Both the position numbers and the translations under genes were made by a program. From Octopus bimaculoides (taxonomy: Eukaryota), in assembly GCF_001194135.2 (NCBI RefSeq), contig NC_068985.1, positions 126,102,519 through 126,159,300 of the forward strand: a stretch of 56,782 bases of DNA, given 5' to 3'. Shown in pieces: positions 25,283 through 36,233 of the stretch. Below the pieces are notes generated by a model. It saw only the letters and a program-made list of their open reading frames with translations, searched no databases and was not told the DNA's origin. Positions within the stretch are counted from its first letter, which is position 1. Every line of letters begins with the position of its first letter.

Positions 25283-25500
25283 AATGGTTTCAAATTTTGG
25301 CACAAAGCCAGCAATTTCGGGGAATGGGGCTAAGTCGATTACCTCAGCCTCAGTGTTCCACCGGTATTTATTTTATCGACATCGAAAGGATGGAAGACAA
25401 AGTCGACTTCGACGGAATTTGAACTCAGTAAGTAAAGATGGACGAAATGCTGCAAATCATTTTGTCCGGCGTGCTAACGGTCGAGCCGGGCTCGCCGCCC
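25283..25500 (-). mobile_element. Family A SINE (tail variant 3)
   Basis: Same head and core; tail GCTGGCTTTGTGCCAAAATTTGAAACC. Confidence 0.85.
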
Positions 25501-25509
25501 TCACTTAGT

Positions 25510-25732
25510 ATAATATAATCCTTTCTACCATAAGTACAAGACCTGAAATTGTATGGGAGGGGGATAGTCGATTACATCGATCCCAGTACGTAACGAGTAC
25601 TTATTCCATCGCCCCCGAAAGGATGAAAAGCAAAGTCGACCTAAGTGGAATTTGAACTCAGACTGTAAGGACGAACGAAATGCCGATAACCATTTCGCTC
25701 GGTGTGCTAACGATTCTACCAAATCGTCATCT
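25510..25732 (-). mobile_element. Family A SINE (tail variant 2)
   Basis: Same head and core; tail AATTTCAGGTCTTGTACTTATGGTAGAAAGGATTAT. Confidence 0.85.
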
Positions 25733-25776
25733 TCACTTGATATGATATAACAACTAGAAATAAATACTAACAAGGC

Positions 25777-26015
25777 AAATTAGCCAAATCGTTTAGGCGT
25801 CAAGTGAAATGCGTTTCGGTTTCATTCCGGCTCTTTTTCTCTTTGAATTCAAAATTCTCCGATGTCAAGTTTGTCTTTCACCCTTTTGGAAATGATGGAT
25901 AAAATCATATTAGTCTTCAGCTGTGAACTGGCAGAGTCGTTTGAGTATCGGATGGGATACCTTGTGATATTTGTTCCGGCTCCTTTAAAATTCTATATTC
26001 AAATACCGCCGTGGC
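25777..26015 (+). mobile_element. Two strongly diverged family A SINE remnants in tandem
   Basis: AAATCGTTTAGGCG..GAATTCAAAATTCTCCG..TTTGTCTTTCACCC and GTGAACTGGCAGAGTCGTTT..TTCAAATACCGCCG. Confidence 0.5.
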
Positions 26016-26399
26016 CTACCAGACGTATACACTCATATAGCTGACTATGGATAGCAAACATTAAAGCGGTCTATGATATTAAGTCTGCTTAGAGCAGATG
26101 ATACTTAATGACGATGATATATAATGAAATATTTATATCCTCTTAGCAATTGCAATCGTTTTGAAAATGCCGGATGTGTATCTTTCAAGTTAAAATTATT
26201 TCAATAATGGATGAATCTATTAAAATAAAAATGGAATAAAATTTAATTGAAGGAAACAAAATTATGCAAAATGGCAGCAAACTCATTCGCATTCTTTGCT
26301 TTTTTTTTTCTTCTCTACCATCCTCTGTCCTTTCACAATGTTAGAGCATATACGTCTGCGTGCTTGCGTTGCGTGTGCAAATAAGTTGTTGTATGCGCG

Positions 26400-26441
<42 letters not shown>

Positions 26442-27282
26442 NNNNNNNNNNNNNNNNNNNNNNNNNNNNNNNNNNNNNNNNNNNNNNNNNNNNNNNNNNN
26501 NNNNNNNNNNNNNNNNNNNNNNNNNNNNNNNNNNNNNNNNNNNNNNNNNNNNNNNNNNNNNNNNNNNNNNNNNNNNNNNNNNNNNNNNNNNNNNNNNNNN
26601 NNNNNNNNNNNNNNNNNNNNNNNNNNNNNNNNNNNNNNNNNNNNNNNNNNNNNNNNNNNNNNNNNNNNNNNNNNNNNNNNNNNNNNNNNNNNNNNNNNNN
26701 NNNNNNNNNNNNNNNNNNNNNNNTATATATATGTATATATATATATATATATATCATATATATATTATATATAAGAAGATATTATACATGTATGTATGTA
26801 TGTATGTATGTATGTATGTGTGTATGTATCAGCAGGGATATGCCAAACACGGAGTAGCAATAGCTTTCTCAGCTCTATAAAATGTAATTACAGTCTACTT
26901 CTGCATTGAGGATATTTCTTGTTTGAAAATTCAACCGTGTGTATGACCATGTATATGTACATATGTCTGTGTGTATAAGTGCGTGCGTACACGCGTGTGT
27001 GCGTGTATGTGTGTTTGTGCGTGCGTGTGTTTCTTCGCGCGCACGTCTGTCTAAGTGTGTCTACGTGTATGTATCCATATATAATTTGTTAAGTCAGTCC
27101 CACTTTACGGCTGGTCGCCCACAGAAAGTATTTTTGTGCGTTTTCTATGCATTGCTCTTTTGTTCTTTTTTGTTTTTGTTTTTTCGTGTATTGCTGTTCT
27201 TTTCTGTTATTATTGTTTCTTTGTACTAGTAATAAAAGTGGCGCACTGGTTGAACTATAAGTGTTCTGATGATAAACCTCAT

Positions 27283-27301
27283 CACCATCATCATCATCAT
27301 C

Positions 27302-27333
<32 letters not shown>

Positions 27334-27360
27334 CATAATTGTGATTATCATCACCATGCG
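27283..27360. repeat. (CAT)n(AAT)n compound microsatellite
   Basis: Direct reading. Confidence 0.9.
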
Positions 27361-27635
27361 ATGGTGATAGTCGTAACGATACTGTTGATGGTTCCTGGTG
27401 TTGTTGCTGACTTTTCTGTTTGTCAGTAGGTGGAAAAAAATCCAATATGCTCTTTGTTTTAAATGCTGAGTTAATATCTATCAATGCATCAATGATCCAC
27501 TACTCTTCCGCGACGCTCCCGTGAGGAAGTAGGAATGTTACGCCATCGTTTTGATATAACAGGAAAGCTACATAAAGTCGATGTATGCCCTCGTGCTATA
27601 ACAACATCGATTTGATCCCAATCGAAGCTCTAGCT

Positions 27636-27896
27636 TAGTGGTTCTCAATCGGAGTCTGTATGACCCTTGGGGATCCATATAAGGTTTTGTTGTCAACATT
27701 TATCAGCAATTATTTGGTTATACTTCTACAATACATAAAATATTTTAACAATGTTTTTTATACAATTCCTAACAGTATTTAATCATGAAAATAATATATA
27801 AAAGGATTTTTTTAAACACCGAATGGCTATGAGGATCGATCCAAGTAAAATAGGAATCTAAGGGGTCTATAGCCAAAATATGGTTGAGAATCACTG
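27636..27896. mobile_element. hAT (Charlie-like) MITE, 261 bp
   Basis: TIRs TAGTGGTTCTCAATC / GGTTGAGAATCACTG; flanking 8-mers CTCTAGCT and TTCAAGCC (5/8 identical), the left one close to the Charlie nTCTAGAn target. Confidence 0.8.
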
Positions 27897-28034
27897 TTCA
27901 AGCCGTCAGTTGTTTTCGCAATTTGCTTGTTTAGTGAAAAATAATAATTGTTCTGAAATTGACAAATTAGTGGCGTAGGCATTGTTGTTCCGGATGCAAA
28001 CTATAGCCCTGGGATGACAAGAGATTCATTAGTC

Positions 28035-28120
<86 letters not shown>

Positions 28121-28324
28121 TTATGTGTGTGTGCGTGTTTCTCCTCCATCACCGTTTTACTATTACTGTTGGTTTCTTTTCATCCCCGTAACTTAACGGT
28201 TCTCCACGGTAACTGCAGTGAATTTGCCTTATAGCAGCTGAAATATGTCACAAGCATATTTTAACTAACCTAAACGTTGCTTATGCCTCAACACTGCTTA
28301 GCGTTCATATTACGGTAATTTTCA

Positions 28325-28510
28325 CGCAACGATGCGTCACCGGGATGTCTAGACAGGATTTCTATGCTAATTCTGTCCAGTACACCACTATGTTGTTCTT
28401 TGGAATGTTGTTCTTTGGCATGACCAGCATGCCAAAGAACAACATGGTGGTGTACTGGACAGAATTAGAATAGAAATCCTGTCTAGACACCCCGGTGACG
28501 CATCGTTGCG
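28325..28510. repeat. 186-bp palindrome with 5-nt loop
   Basis: Arms are reverse complements around ACCAG (28423-28427); the left arm carries an extra ATGTTGTTCTTTGG copy. Confidence 0.92.
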
Positions 28511-29213
28511 GCAAATACAGGAGTCGGTCCTCATAACTGAAACGCAACCAGTTTTGAACACCAAATACACTTAGATGAGGGCCTTACAATTGCCCATGGT
28601 TGCATGCGTTGTTCACACATATGANNNNNNNNNNNNNNNNNNNNNNNNNNNNNNNNNNNNNNNNNNNNNNNNNNNNNNNNNNNNNNNNNNNNNNNNNNNN
28701 NNNNNNNNNNNNNNNNNNNNNNNNNNNNNNNNNNNNNNNNNNNNNNNNNNNNNNNNNNNNNNNNNNNNNNNNNNNNNNNNNNNNNNNNNNNNNNNNNNNN
28801 NNNNNNNNNNNNNNNNNNNNNNNNNNNNNNNNNNNNNNNNNNNNNNNNNNNNNNNNNNNNNNNNNNNNNNNNNNNNNNNNNNNNNNNNNNNNNNNNNNNN
28901 NNNNNNNNNNNNNNNNNNNNNNNNNNNNNNNNNNNNNNNNNNNNNNNNNNNNNNNNNNNNNNNNNNNNNNNNNNNNNNNNNNNNNNNNNNNNNNNNNNNN
29001 NNNNNNNNNNNNNNNNNNNNNNNNNNNNNNNNNNNNNNNNNNNNNNNNNNNNNNNNNNNNNNNNNNNNNNNNNNNNNNNNNNNNNNNNNNNNNNNNNNNN
29101 NNNNNNNNNNNNNNNNNNNNNNNNNNNNNNNNNNNNNNNNNNNNNNNNNNNNNNNNNNNNNNNNNNNNNNNNNNNNNNNNNNNNNNNNNNNNNNNNNNNN
29201 NNNNNNNNNNNNN

Positions 29214-29757
29214 TGCAAAACAGAAAACAATTACATTTTCGATACTTGCTTCTCTTCGCTTTCAATCGAGCATCCAAAGCTATCAATACCGCTCGTGGCA
29301 TTTGTGCTACCTATGGGAAGGAGGTTTTAGCGAAAAAAAAAAAAAAGAAGCAGAATATAAAAAAGTGTTCACCTTTCAAAGAGGGGAAATTTAATCTCGC
29401 CCTCTTCGCGTTCCGGCCAACCTGTACAGTTGAACAAAGTTCGATTTAGCTGGACCAAAGCTGGGATGCTCTGATGATACCGTAGCCCGTCATGCCCACT
29501 CGATGGATAAGATCTAAAAACTCGACAGCGCAATGCTGCTACACAACTCTCGCCGTCACTAATTTGACAAAAATTGCTTATTAGGAGCTGAGTTGTCAAG
29601 TTCTACTGTACCTTACTTATACTCCTCATATAGCACCTTCAGATCATTACTTATTTCGCTCGCTCTCTACAATTTGCCAGGTGTTTCATTCAACAAGTAC
29701 ATGGAGCTGAAAACGTCACTCGAAGACCTCTTTCAGTCATGACCCGGTGAATTTATG
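29214..29757 (+). mobile_element. Internally deleted mariner transposase remnant
   Basis: YLLLFAFNRASKAINTARGICATYG..FKEGKFNL..SRSGQPV, KLGCSDDTVARH and YTPHIAPSDHYLFRSL..GVSFN. Confidence 0.85.
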
Positions 29758-30343
29758 TGAGAACCCAAAACACATACATACATATATGATTGTATGGTTG
29801 TATATATATATATATATATATATATATNNNNNNNNNNNNNNNNNNNNNNNNNNNNNNNNNNNNNNNNNNNNNNNNNNNNNNNNNNNNNNNNNNNNNNNNN
29901 NNNNNNNNNNNNNNNNNNNNNNNNNNNNNNNNNNNNNNNNNNNNNNNNNNNNNNNNNNNNNNNNNNNNNNNNNNNNNNNNNNNNNNNNNNNNNNNNNNNN
30001 NNNNNNNNNNNNNNNNNNNNNNNNNNNNNNNNNNNNNNNNNNNNNNNNNNNNNNNNNNNNNNNNNNNNNNNNNNNNNNNNNNNNNNNNNNNNNNNNNNNN
30101 NNNNNNNNNNNNNNNNNNNNNNNNNNNNNNNNNNNNNNNNNNNNNNNNNNNNNNNNNNNNNNNNNNNNNNNNNNNNNNNNNNNNNNNNNNNNNNNNNNNN
30201 NNNNNNNNNNNNNNNNNNNNNNNNNNNNNNNNNNNNNNNNNNNNNNNNNNNNNNNNNNNNNNNNNNNNNNNNNNNNNNNNNNNNNNNNNNNNNNNNNNNN
30301 NNNNNNNNNNNNNNNNNNNNNNNNNNNNNNNNNNNNNNNNNNN

Positions 30344-30650
30344 NGCCGCGGGCCGACCAAAGCCTTGTGAGTGGATTTGGTAGACGGAAACTGAAAGAAG
30401 CCTGTCGTATATATGTATATATATATGTGTGTGTGTGTATGTGTTTGTATGTCTGTGTTTGTCCCCCCAACATCGCTTGACAACCGATGCTGGTGTGTTT
30501 ATGTCCCCGTAACTTAGCGGTTCGGCAAAAGAGACCGATAGAATAAGTACTAGGTTTCCAAAGAATAAGTCCTGGGGTCGATTTGCTCGACTAAAGGCGG
30601 TGCTCCAGCATGGCCACAGTCAAAAGACTGAAACAAGTAAAGAGTAATAT
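30344..30650 (+). mobile_element. Family B SINE, 3' two-thirds (head lost in the gap)
   Basis: GACCAAAGCCTTGTGAGTGG, internal TA/TG tract, and GGCGGTGCTCCAGCATGGCCACAGTC..TGAAACAAGTAAAGAG tail. Confidence 0.9.
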
Positions 30651-31129
30651 ATTTACAGATAAGAAAAGAAATAAAGCAACAATTAACAATTGATCATTGG
30701 CATTAAAAAGACATAGTTTAATTGTAGTTCAAGAACATTTACTGCTGAATTAGTTTATTTCGAAGTACATTTGCATTTATCTCATTCTATTTAACAAACA
30801 TCGTCAGAAAGATTTTGCGTTTATCGGAGGAATATAGATAGGAGAAAAAGGGAAATGAAAAGAAAAAGGAAAAAGTTCGTTAAGTCTTTAGGCTTACATT
30901 TTTGTGCCCTTTTTGGGTTCTACGTGTGTGTACGTTTCTTCATAAAATAAATAAAATTCCAAAATAAAATTCCAAAATAAATGATACCATAAATTCCAAA
31001 ATAAAATTTTGGCATTATGGAGGCTCAAAATTGGAAACAAAAACAGGACAGTGGAGACGTGCAAGGAAACCGAACGAAAACAAACATTGAGAGTCATTAG
31101 ACCGGAATTGCTGTACTCTTTCACCACAA

Positions 31130-31345
31130 CTTTCTCTCACTCTTACTTCCTGTTTCTGTTGTGCCTTTAATTCGAAGGGTCAGCCCTGTCACACTGTGTC
31201 ACGCTGAATATCCCCGAGAACTACGTTAAGGGTACATGTGTCTGTGGAGTGCTCAGCCACTTCCACGTTAATTTCACGAGCAGGCTGTTCCGTTGACCGG
31301 ATCAACTGGAACCCTCGTCGTCGTAAGCAACGGAGTGCCAACTCT
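31130..31345 (+). mobile_element. Probable SINE-like interspersed repeat fragment
   Basis: GC-richer block ending CGTCGTCGTAAGCAACGGAGTGCCAAC; single copy here, recalled as an octopus repeat. Confidence 0.35.
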
Positions 31346-31751
31346 TTATATATGTACACACACGCACATATATATATATATAACTGCGTGTGAGTGCGCA
31401 CGCGCACATGTTTGCAAGTTTATTTTTATTGATTTTTTTAAGAATGGACGTACCGACCCTTTACTTTAACATGCTCTCGGTGACTGAATAGATAGACACC
31501 TTTATTCATTTTTAATAGATGCAAGTAAATATCAAGAACTAGTTTGGAATTCCATAGGTTTATCGACATGGAGAGAAAAGATTGGTTAGAGGTGTGTTTA
31601 GTGCACAACCTAATAGAATACAAGATATAAAAATGATGGTTAGAGGAGGTGAGACGAATGTTTTCCGGTGGACTTATGTAGGTGGTATGTTAACAAAGAG
31701 CGCACGTGCGCTCCTATGTGTCTTTCTGTCTGTCAACATCCATGAATATAT

Positions 31752-31948
31752 TAGGGCGGCGCACGCCAAGGGAAATGCTTAGCGCCATTTCGTCCGCTTT
31801 TACGATATGAGTTCAAATTCTGCCGAAGTTGACTTTACTTTTTATCCTTTCAGTCGATAGAATAAGTACCAGTTGAACACTAGAACCGATGTAATTAACT
31901 TACTCCTCCCCCGAAATTGCTAGCTTTGTGCTAAAATTTGAAGTTAAT
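31752..31948 (+). mobile_element. Family A SINE, diverged (tail variant 3)
   Basis: GAAATGCTTAGCG..GAGTTCAAATTCTGCCG..GATAGAATAAGTACCAGTTG..TTTGTGCTAAAATTTGAAG. Confidence 0.8.
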
Positions 31949-32304
31949 ATATGTGAATACATTATTTCTATTTGAGATGCCTGTGGCAGATTCTTTGACG
32001 GTTTAGCCACGCAAATACTGGTGATAGCCTCTCATTATTATGTGAATAATTTTAGTGAAAAAGTTATTTATGATGGAAACGTATAAAACTTAAAAGAATT
32101 TCTGAACCTACTGGTCATTTCTTTTTTTTTTCTCTTTCAGTCTCTCGCTTTCTCTTTCTCTCACTCTTTCTTTCACTCCCCCCCCCCTTTCTTTATTTTG
32201 TAAGTTTCTCAATCTAGTTTTTATTACAGAATCTTTCCCTTTTTTGATATTGTAGATTCAGTGAACATTTTTATCTTTTCTCTATCTCTCTCTCTAAATA
32301 TTTA

Positions 32305-32320
32305 TATATGTGTGTGTGTA

Positions 32321-32359
<39 letters not shown>

Positions 32360-32650
32360 TGTGCGTGTGTGTGTGTGTGTGTGAATTTTTTGTTTACTCC
32401 CCATCTCTTCATTCAAAGTTTCTCAATCCTTTTCATTTTCTCGCCCCTTTTTTTCTCTTTTTTGCTTTCTCTAGCCGTCTTATACTCTCTCACTCTAATT
32501 CTTTTTCTCTCTCTCTATCTCTCTCTCTCTCTCTCTCACTCTAATTCTTTTTCTCTCTCTCTCTATCTCTCTCTCTCTCTCTTTCTCTAACACACACACA
32601 CACTCACACACAAACACATGCACATTCACATACACACGCACATACACTCC
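32305..32650. repeat. GT / CT / CA low-complexity block
   Basis: Direct reading. Confidence 0.85.
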
Positions 32651-33399
32651 GACGCCTACAAAAGAACATTAGAAAATAATTCTGGAAATTATGGTTGGTT
32701 GTAACATTCTTCAGCCATTCATCAATTCATTCATGAAAACATACTTCTCCTTTAATTTCCTGGTTTAAAATTCATGAGGGCCGCAAATCAACTTCAGAAA
32801 GAAGCCGTTAATTAAGAAATAAACAAAAAGACAATAGGAAAAAAAACAACAAAAAAAAGCTAGTTGACAATTCTAAATAATGCATTTTTCGTTTTTGCTT
32901 GTTTATTTAATATTTTCTTCTTCTTTATAATAAAACCTGTTAAATCTGACTACCGTATGTCATTCTTCATATCCTTATTCTGACTAAAATGATGAATAAA
33001 TGTTTGAAACGCAAAAATAAGACATTTCTGAAAAGTAACCAGGCAAGTAGACATTTACAATAACCAAAACAAAAGCAAGACACAAAGGAAAAGGTCAGAA
33101 ACAAGTAATTTTAATGAAAACGAGATATATATAGTGTGTGTGTGTGTGTGTGTGATTGTTGTGGTTATTGTCGTTGTGGTTATTGTCGTTGTGGTTGTCG
33201 TGGGAGAAGGAGGTAATTTAATTAACCAGCTTTGTGGCGAAGTTACACTTCCGATTAACAGCTAATTTCGTCAGTCAGAGGTTCGAAATATGTTACAGAC
33301 ACGGAATTGTATTATAAGTAAAATCTAAGACGAAACAAAGTAAATTTTTTTTAATATTTAATTTGTTTCGAACCCCGTTTTTTAAACTTGAAAGTGAAG

Positions 33400-33718
33400 A
33401 AAAAGCACCTTCTCTCCTTCGGTTATGAATGACCACGGGGTTGCACCTAAAATGTTCCCCTCCTAGAAGATCAGCAGTCACCCATGCATACCATCCTCCC
33501 CACTTCATGCCACCGATGTTATCCAAGGGAAAGGCAAAGGGGCCGATACAGCTTGGCACCTGTGATGTTGCAACTCATTTCTACAGCTGAGTGAACAGGA
33601 GCAACATGAATTAAAGTGTCTTGCTCAAGAACACAACACACAGCTTGGTCTGAGAATGGAACTCACTGCCACATGATTTTGAGCCCGACGCTCTAACCAC
33701 TGAGCCATGTGACTGCAT
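33400..33718 (-). mobile_element. tRNA-derived SINE, family D
   Basis: Reverse complement TGGCTCAGTGGTTAGAGCG (A box), CTTGAGCAAGACACTTTA, CACTCAGCTGTAGAAATGAG; homologous to 51984-52300. Confidence 0.85.
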
Positions 33719-33759
33719 TAACTTGTGAGTAGGTGAAAAAAAGTAGATGAAAAAAATTC

Positions 33760-33992
33760 CTTCCCGGGGCATAGGCTCACTTGGCCGGTTTCCCAGTTAC
33801 GTTTGCCTATATATATTCCTCCCGCTGAATAGGAAGCCGGTCTGTCGCAGGAGCATTCGTTTTAGCTAGTTGAGGGGACTGAAGCGACGTTAAATGAAGT
33901 GTTTTGCTCAAGAACAAAAAAACATCACCAGGGCCAGGAATCGAAACCACACTTTTATCATTCTGAGAGTAACACCCTAAAAACCATACCAG
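33760..33992 (-). mobile_element. tRNA-derived SINE, family E, diverged
   Basis: Reverse complement GGTTTCGATTCC (B box) followed by TTCTTGAGCAAAACACTTCATT, a domain shared with family D. Confidence 0.6.
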
Positions 33993-34450
33993 TGTAGATA
34001 GACAGATATCACAAAAATGCAAGTACAGTGCCTTGGTTAAAGGAATGGTAGTTAGCAATATATGACACATGATGGCGGGGTTTTGTTATATTGGGCCGTA
34101 ATGAGATATACGTCCTATCATTTGGGCTGGCAGGAGTGTAAGTCTCTTTAGCAACCTGACTAGCGCATATGGCTCAACACATGAGCACAACATTTCAAAC
34201 AAGGTCGTTTGACCACCACTCACACACAATCAAAAACACATACACATACACGCGCACGCACGCGGAAGCGGTGTGAAATACATATTTGTTCCTTGTTCTC
34301 TAAATACTGGGAAATGGTGCATTTTCCTTGAAATATAAAGACTGATTCCTTAACACATTCTAGTTATCTTTTTACTTTGAGGATTAGATTATCATTCATT
34401 CAAAAAGCAACCACCAACCATGATATAAATGTATTTGTACACATTTGTAC

Positions 34451-34514
<64 letters not shown>

Positions 34515-35125
34515 NNNNNNNNNNNNNNNNNNNNNNNNNNNNNNNNNNNNNNNNNNNNNNNNNNNNNNNNNNNNNNNNNNNNNNNNNNNNNNNNNNNNNN
34601 NNNNNNNNNNNNNNNNNNNNNNNNNNNNNNNNNNNNNNNNNNNNNNNNNNNNNNNNNNNNNNNNNNNNNNNNNNNNNNNNNNNNNNNNNNNNNNNNNNNN
34701 NNNNNNNNNNNNNNNNNNNNNNNNNNNNNNNNNNNNNNNNNNNNNNNNNNNNNNNNNNNNNNNNNNNNNNNNNNNNNNNNNNNNNNNNNNNNNNNNNNNN
34801 NNNNNNNNNNNNNNNNNNNNNNNNNNNNNNNNNNNNNNNNNNNNNNNNNNNNNNNNNNNNNNNNNNNNNNNNNNNNNNNNNNNNNNNNNNNNNNNNNNNN
34901 NNNNNNNNNNNNNNNNNNNNNNNNNNNNNNNNNNNNNNNNNNNNNNNNNNNNNNNNNNNNNNNNNNNNNNNNNNNNNNNNNNNNNNNNNNNNNNNNNNNN
35001 NNNNNNNNNNNNNNNNNNNNNNNNNNNNNNNNNNNNNNNNNNNNNNNNNNNNNNNNNNNNNNNNNNNNNNNNNNNNNNNNNNNNNNNNNNNNNNNNNNNN
35101 NNNNNNNNNNNNNNNNNNNNNNNNA

Positions 35126-35549
35126 AGAATGTTATTTTCTCAGACAAGTCATCCTTTACCTTATTTCCGACCACTGGCTGAGTATATGTGTGGAGACAGC
35201 CAAAGGAAGTATTTGACCCAGACTGCCTTCTTCCAACTGTTAAACATGGAGGAGGATCAGTGATGATCTGTGGGTTGGGGGGGGGCTATCTTGAAAATCC
35301 GCCGGCCCAATGGTTTCTCTTCATGGCAGAATTAATAGTCAAGACTATTTAAGCATTTTATCTGATCAAATTCATCCTATGGTTGCGGAACTATTTCTGG
35401 AGGGAAATGCAATCTTTCAGGATGATAATGCACCAATTCACACGGCTAAAGTTGTTACTGAATGAGCACGAGGAACATTCTAGTGAAGTCGAACATCTTA
35501 TCTGGCCCCCACAGTACCCAGATCTCAATATTATTGAACATTTATGGTG
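35126..35549 (+). mobile_element. Tc1-family transposase catalytic fragment with DD36E spacing
   Basis: VIFSDKSSF..LPTVKHGGGSVMI..FQDDNAPIHTAK..WPPQYPDLNIIEHLW; 36 residues between the second D and E after removing a 1-nt insertion. Confidence 0.88.
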
Positions 35550-35605
35550 CATTATTTACATTATTTACATTTGACGGATATTTGTCCTCATCTTGTTTGT
35601 TGTTA

Positions 35606-35649
35606 ACACAACGTTTCGGCTGATATACCCTCCATCCTTCAACAGGTGT
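35606..35649 (-). ncRNA. Minimal type I hammerhead ribozyme motif (inverted pLTR copy, CUGUUGA core)
   Basis: ACAC-CUGUUGA-A-GGAUG(GAGGGUAUAU)CAGCC-GAAA-CGU-U-GUGU. Confidence 0.7.
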
Positions 35650-36130
35650 CTTGAGGAAATTTCGAATCTAGGCTCTCATATGACATCGGGACAGTATTCA
35701 AGAGTAATACAAGACTTCGCAAATATCTCCGAGTAAATCCACCAATAGAAGAGAATATGACTAAAGACTGCTTGTACTTAATCCCATGCAGATGTGATAG
35801 GTTATACAAAGGCGAAACATGCCGCCCTCTAAAAATAAGGGTAGACGAACATCGCAAAGCTGTGACATGAGGAGATATTGATAAATCAGGTATAGCTGAT
35901 CATGTATGGAAAAATGGAGATGACTTTCCCTTGTGGGATGAAGTTAAAATAATAGACAGAGAACACCAGTGGAAAATACGAAAAATAAAAGAAACAGCAC
36001 ATATGCTAGGACACAACAACCTCCTAAGCAGACCGAGTGCAGATATGAATAGCATATGGGAACCAGTATTAAGGAAGGATAGGAAAATATTAGATTTATA
36101 AGCCCTAAAATTCACTCCATAATTGCCCAC

Positions 36131-36185
36131 GGGCATATAGCGTAGTAAAGAGTGCGGGCTACTAACTCTAGGTTCGAAATTTCCC
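36131..36185 (+). promoter_or_regulatory. Shortened tRNA-like (Pol III A/B-box-like) cassette upstream of the hammerhead
   Basis: GGGCATATAGCGTAGTAAAGAGTGCGGGCTACTAAC..GGTTCGAAAT; homologous to the fuller copy at 49965-50037 at the same element position. Confidence 0.6.
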
Positions 36186-36189
36186 CAAG

Positions 36190-36233
36190 GCACCTGATGA
36201 AGGCTGGAGGGTATATCATCCGAAACGCTGTGT
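36190..36233 (+). ncRNA. Minimal type I hammerhead ribozyme motif (canonical CUGAUGA core; U16.1 mutated in this copy)
   Basis: GCAC-CUGAUGA-A-GGCUG(GAGGGUAUAU)CAUCC-GAAA-CGC-U-GUGU. Confidence 0.8.

Noticed and set aside
27262-27285. CTGATGA hammerhead core match
   Set aside because: No stem II or GAAA follows.
29369-29599. GC-richer minus ORF, exon-like signals and a CTGATGA match near 29479
   Set aside because: Explained by the plus-strand mariner remnant (KLGCSDDTVARH).
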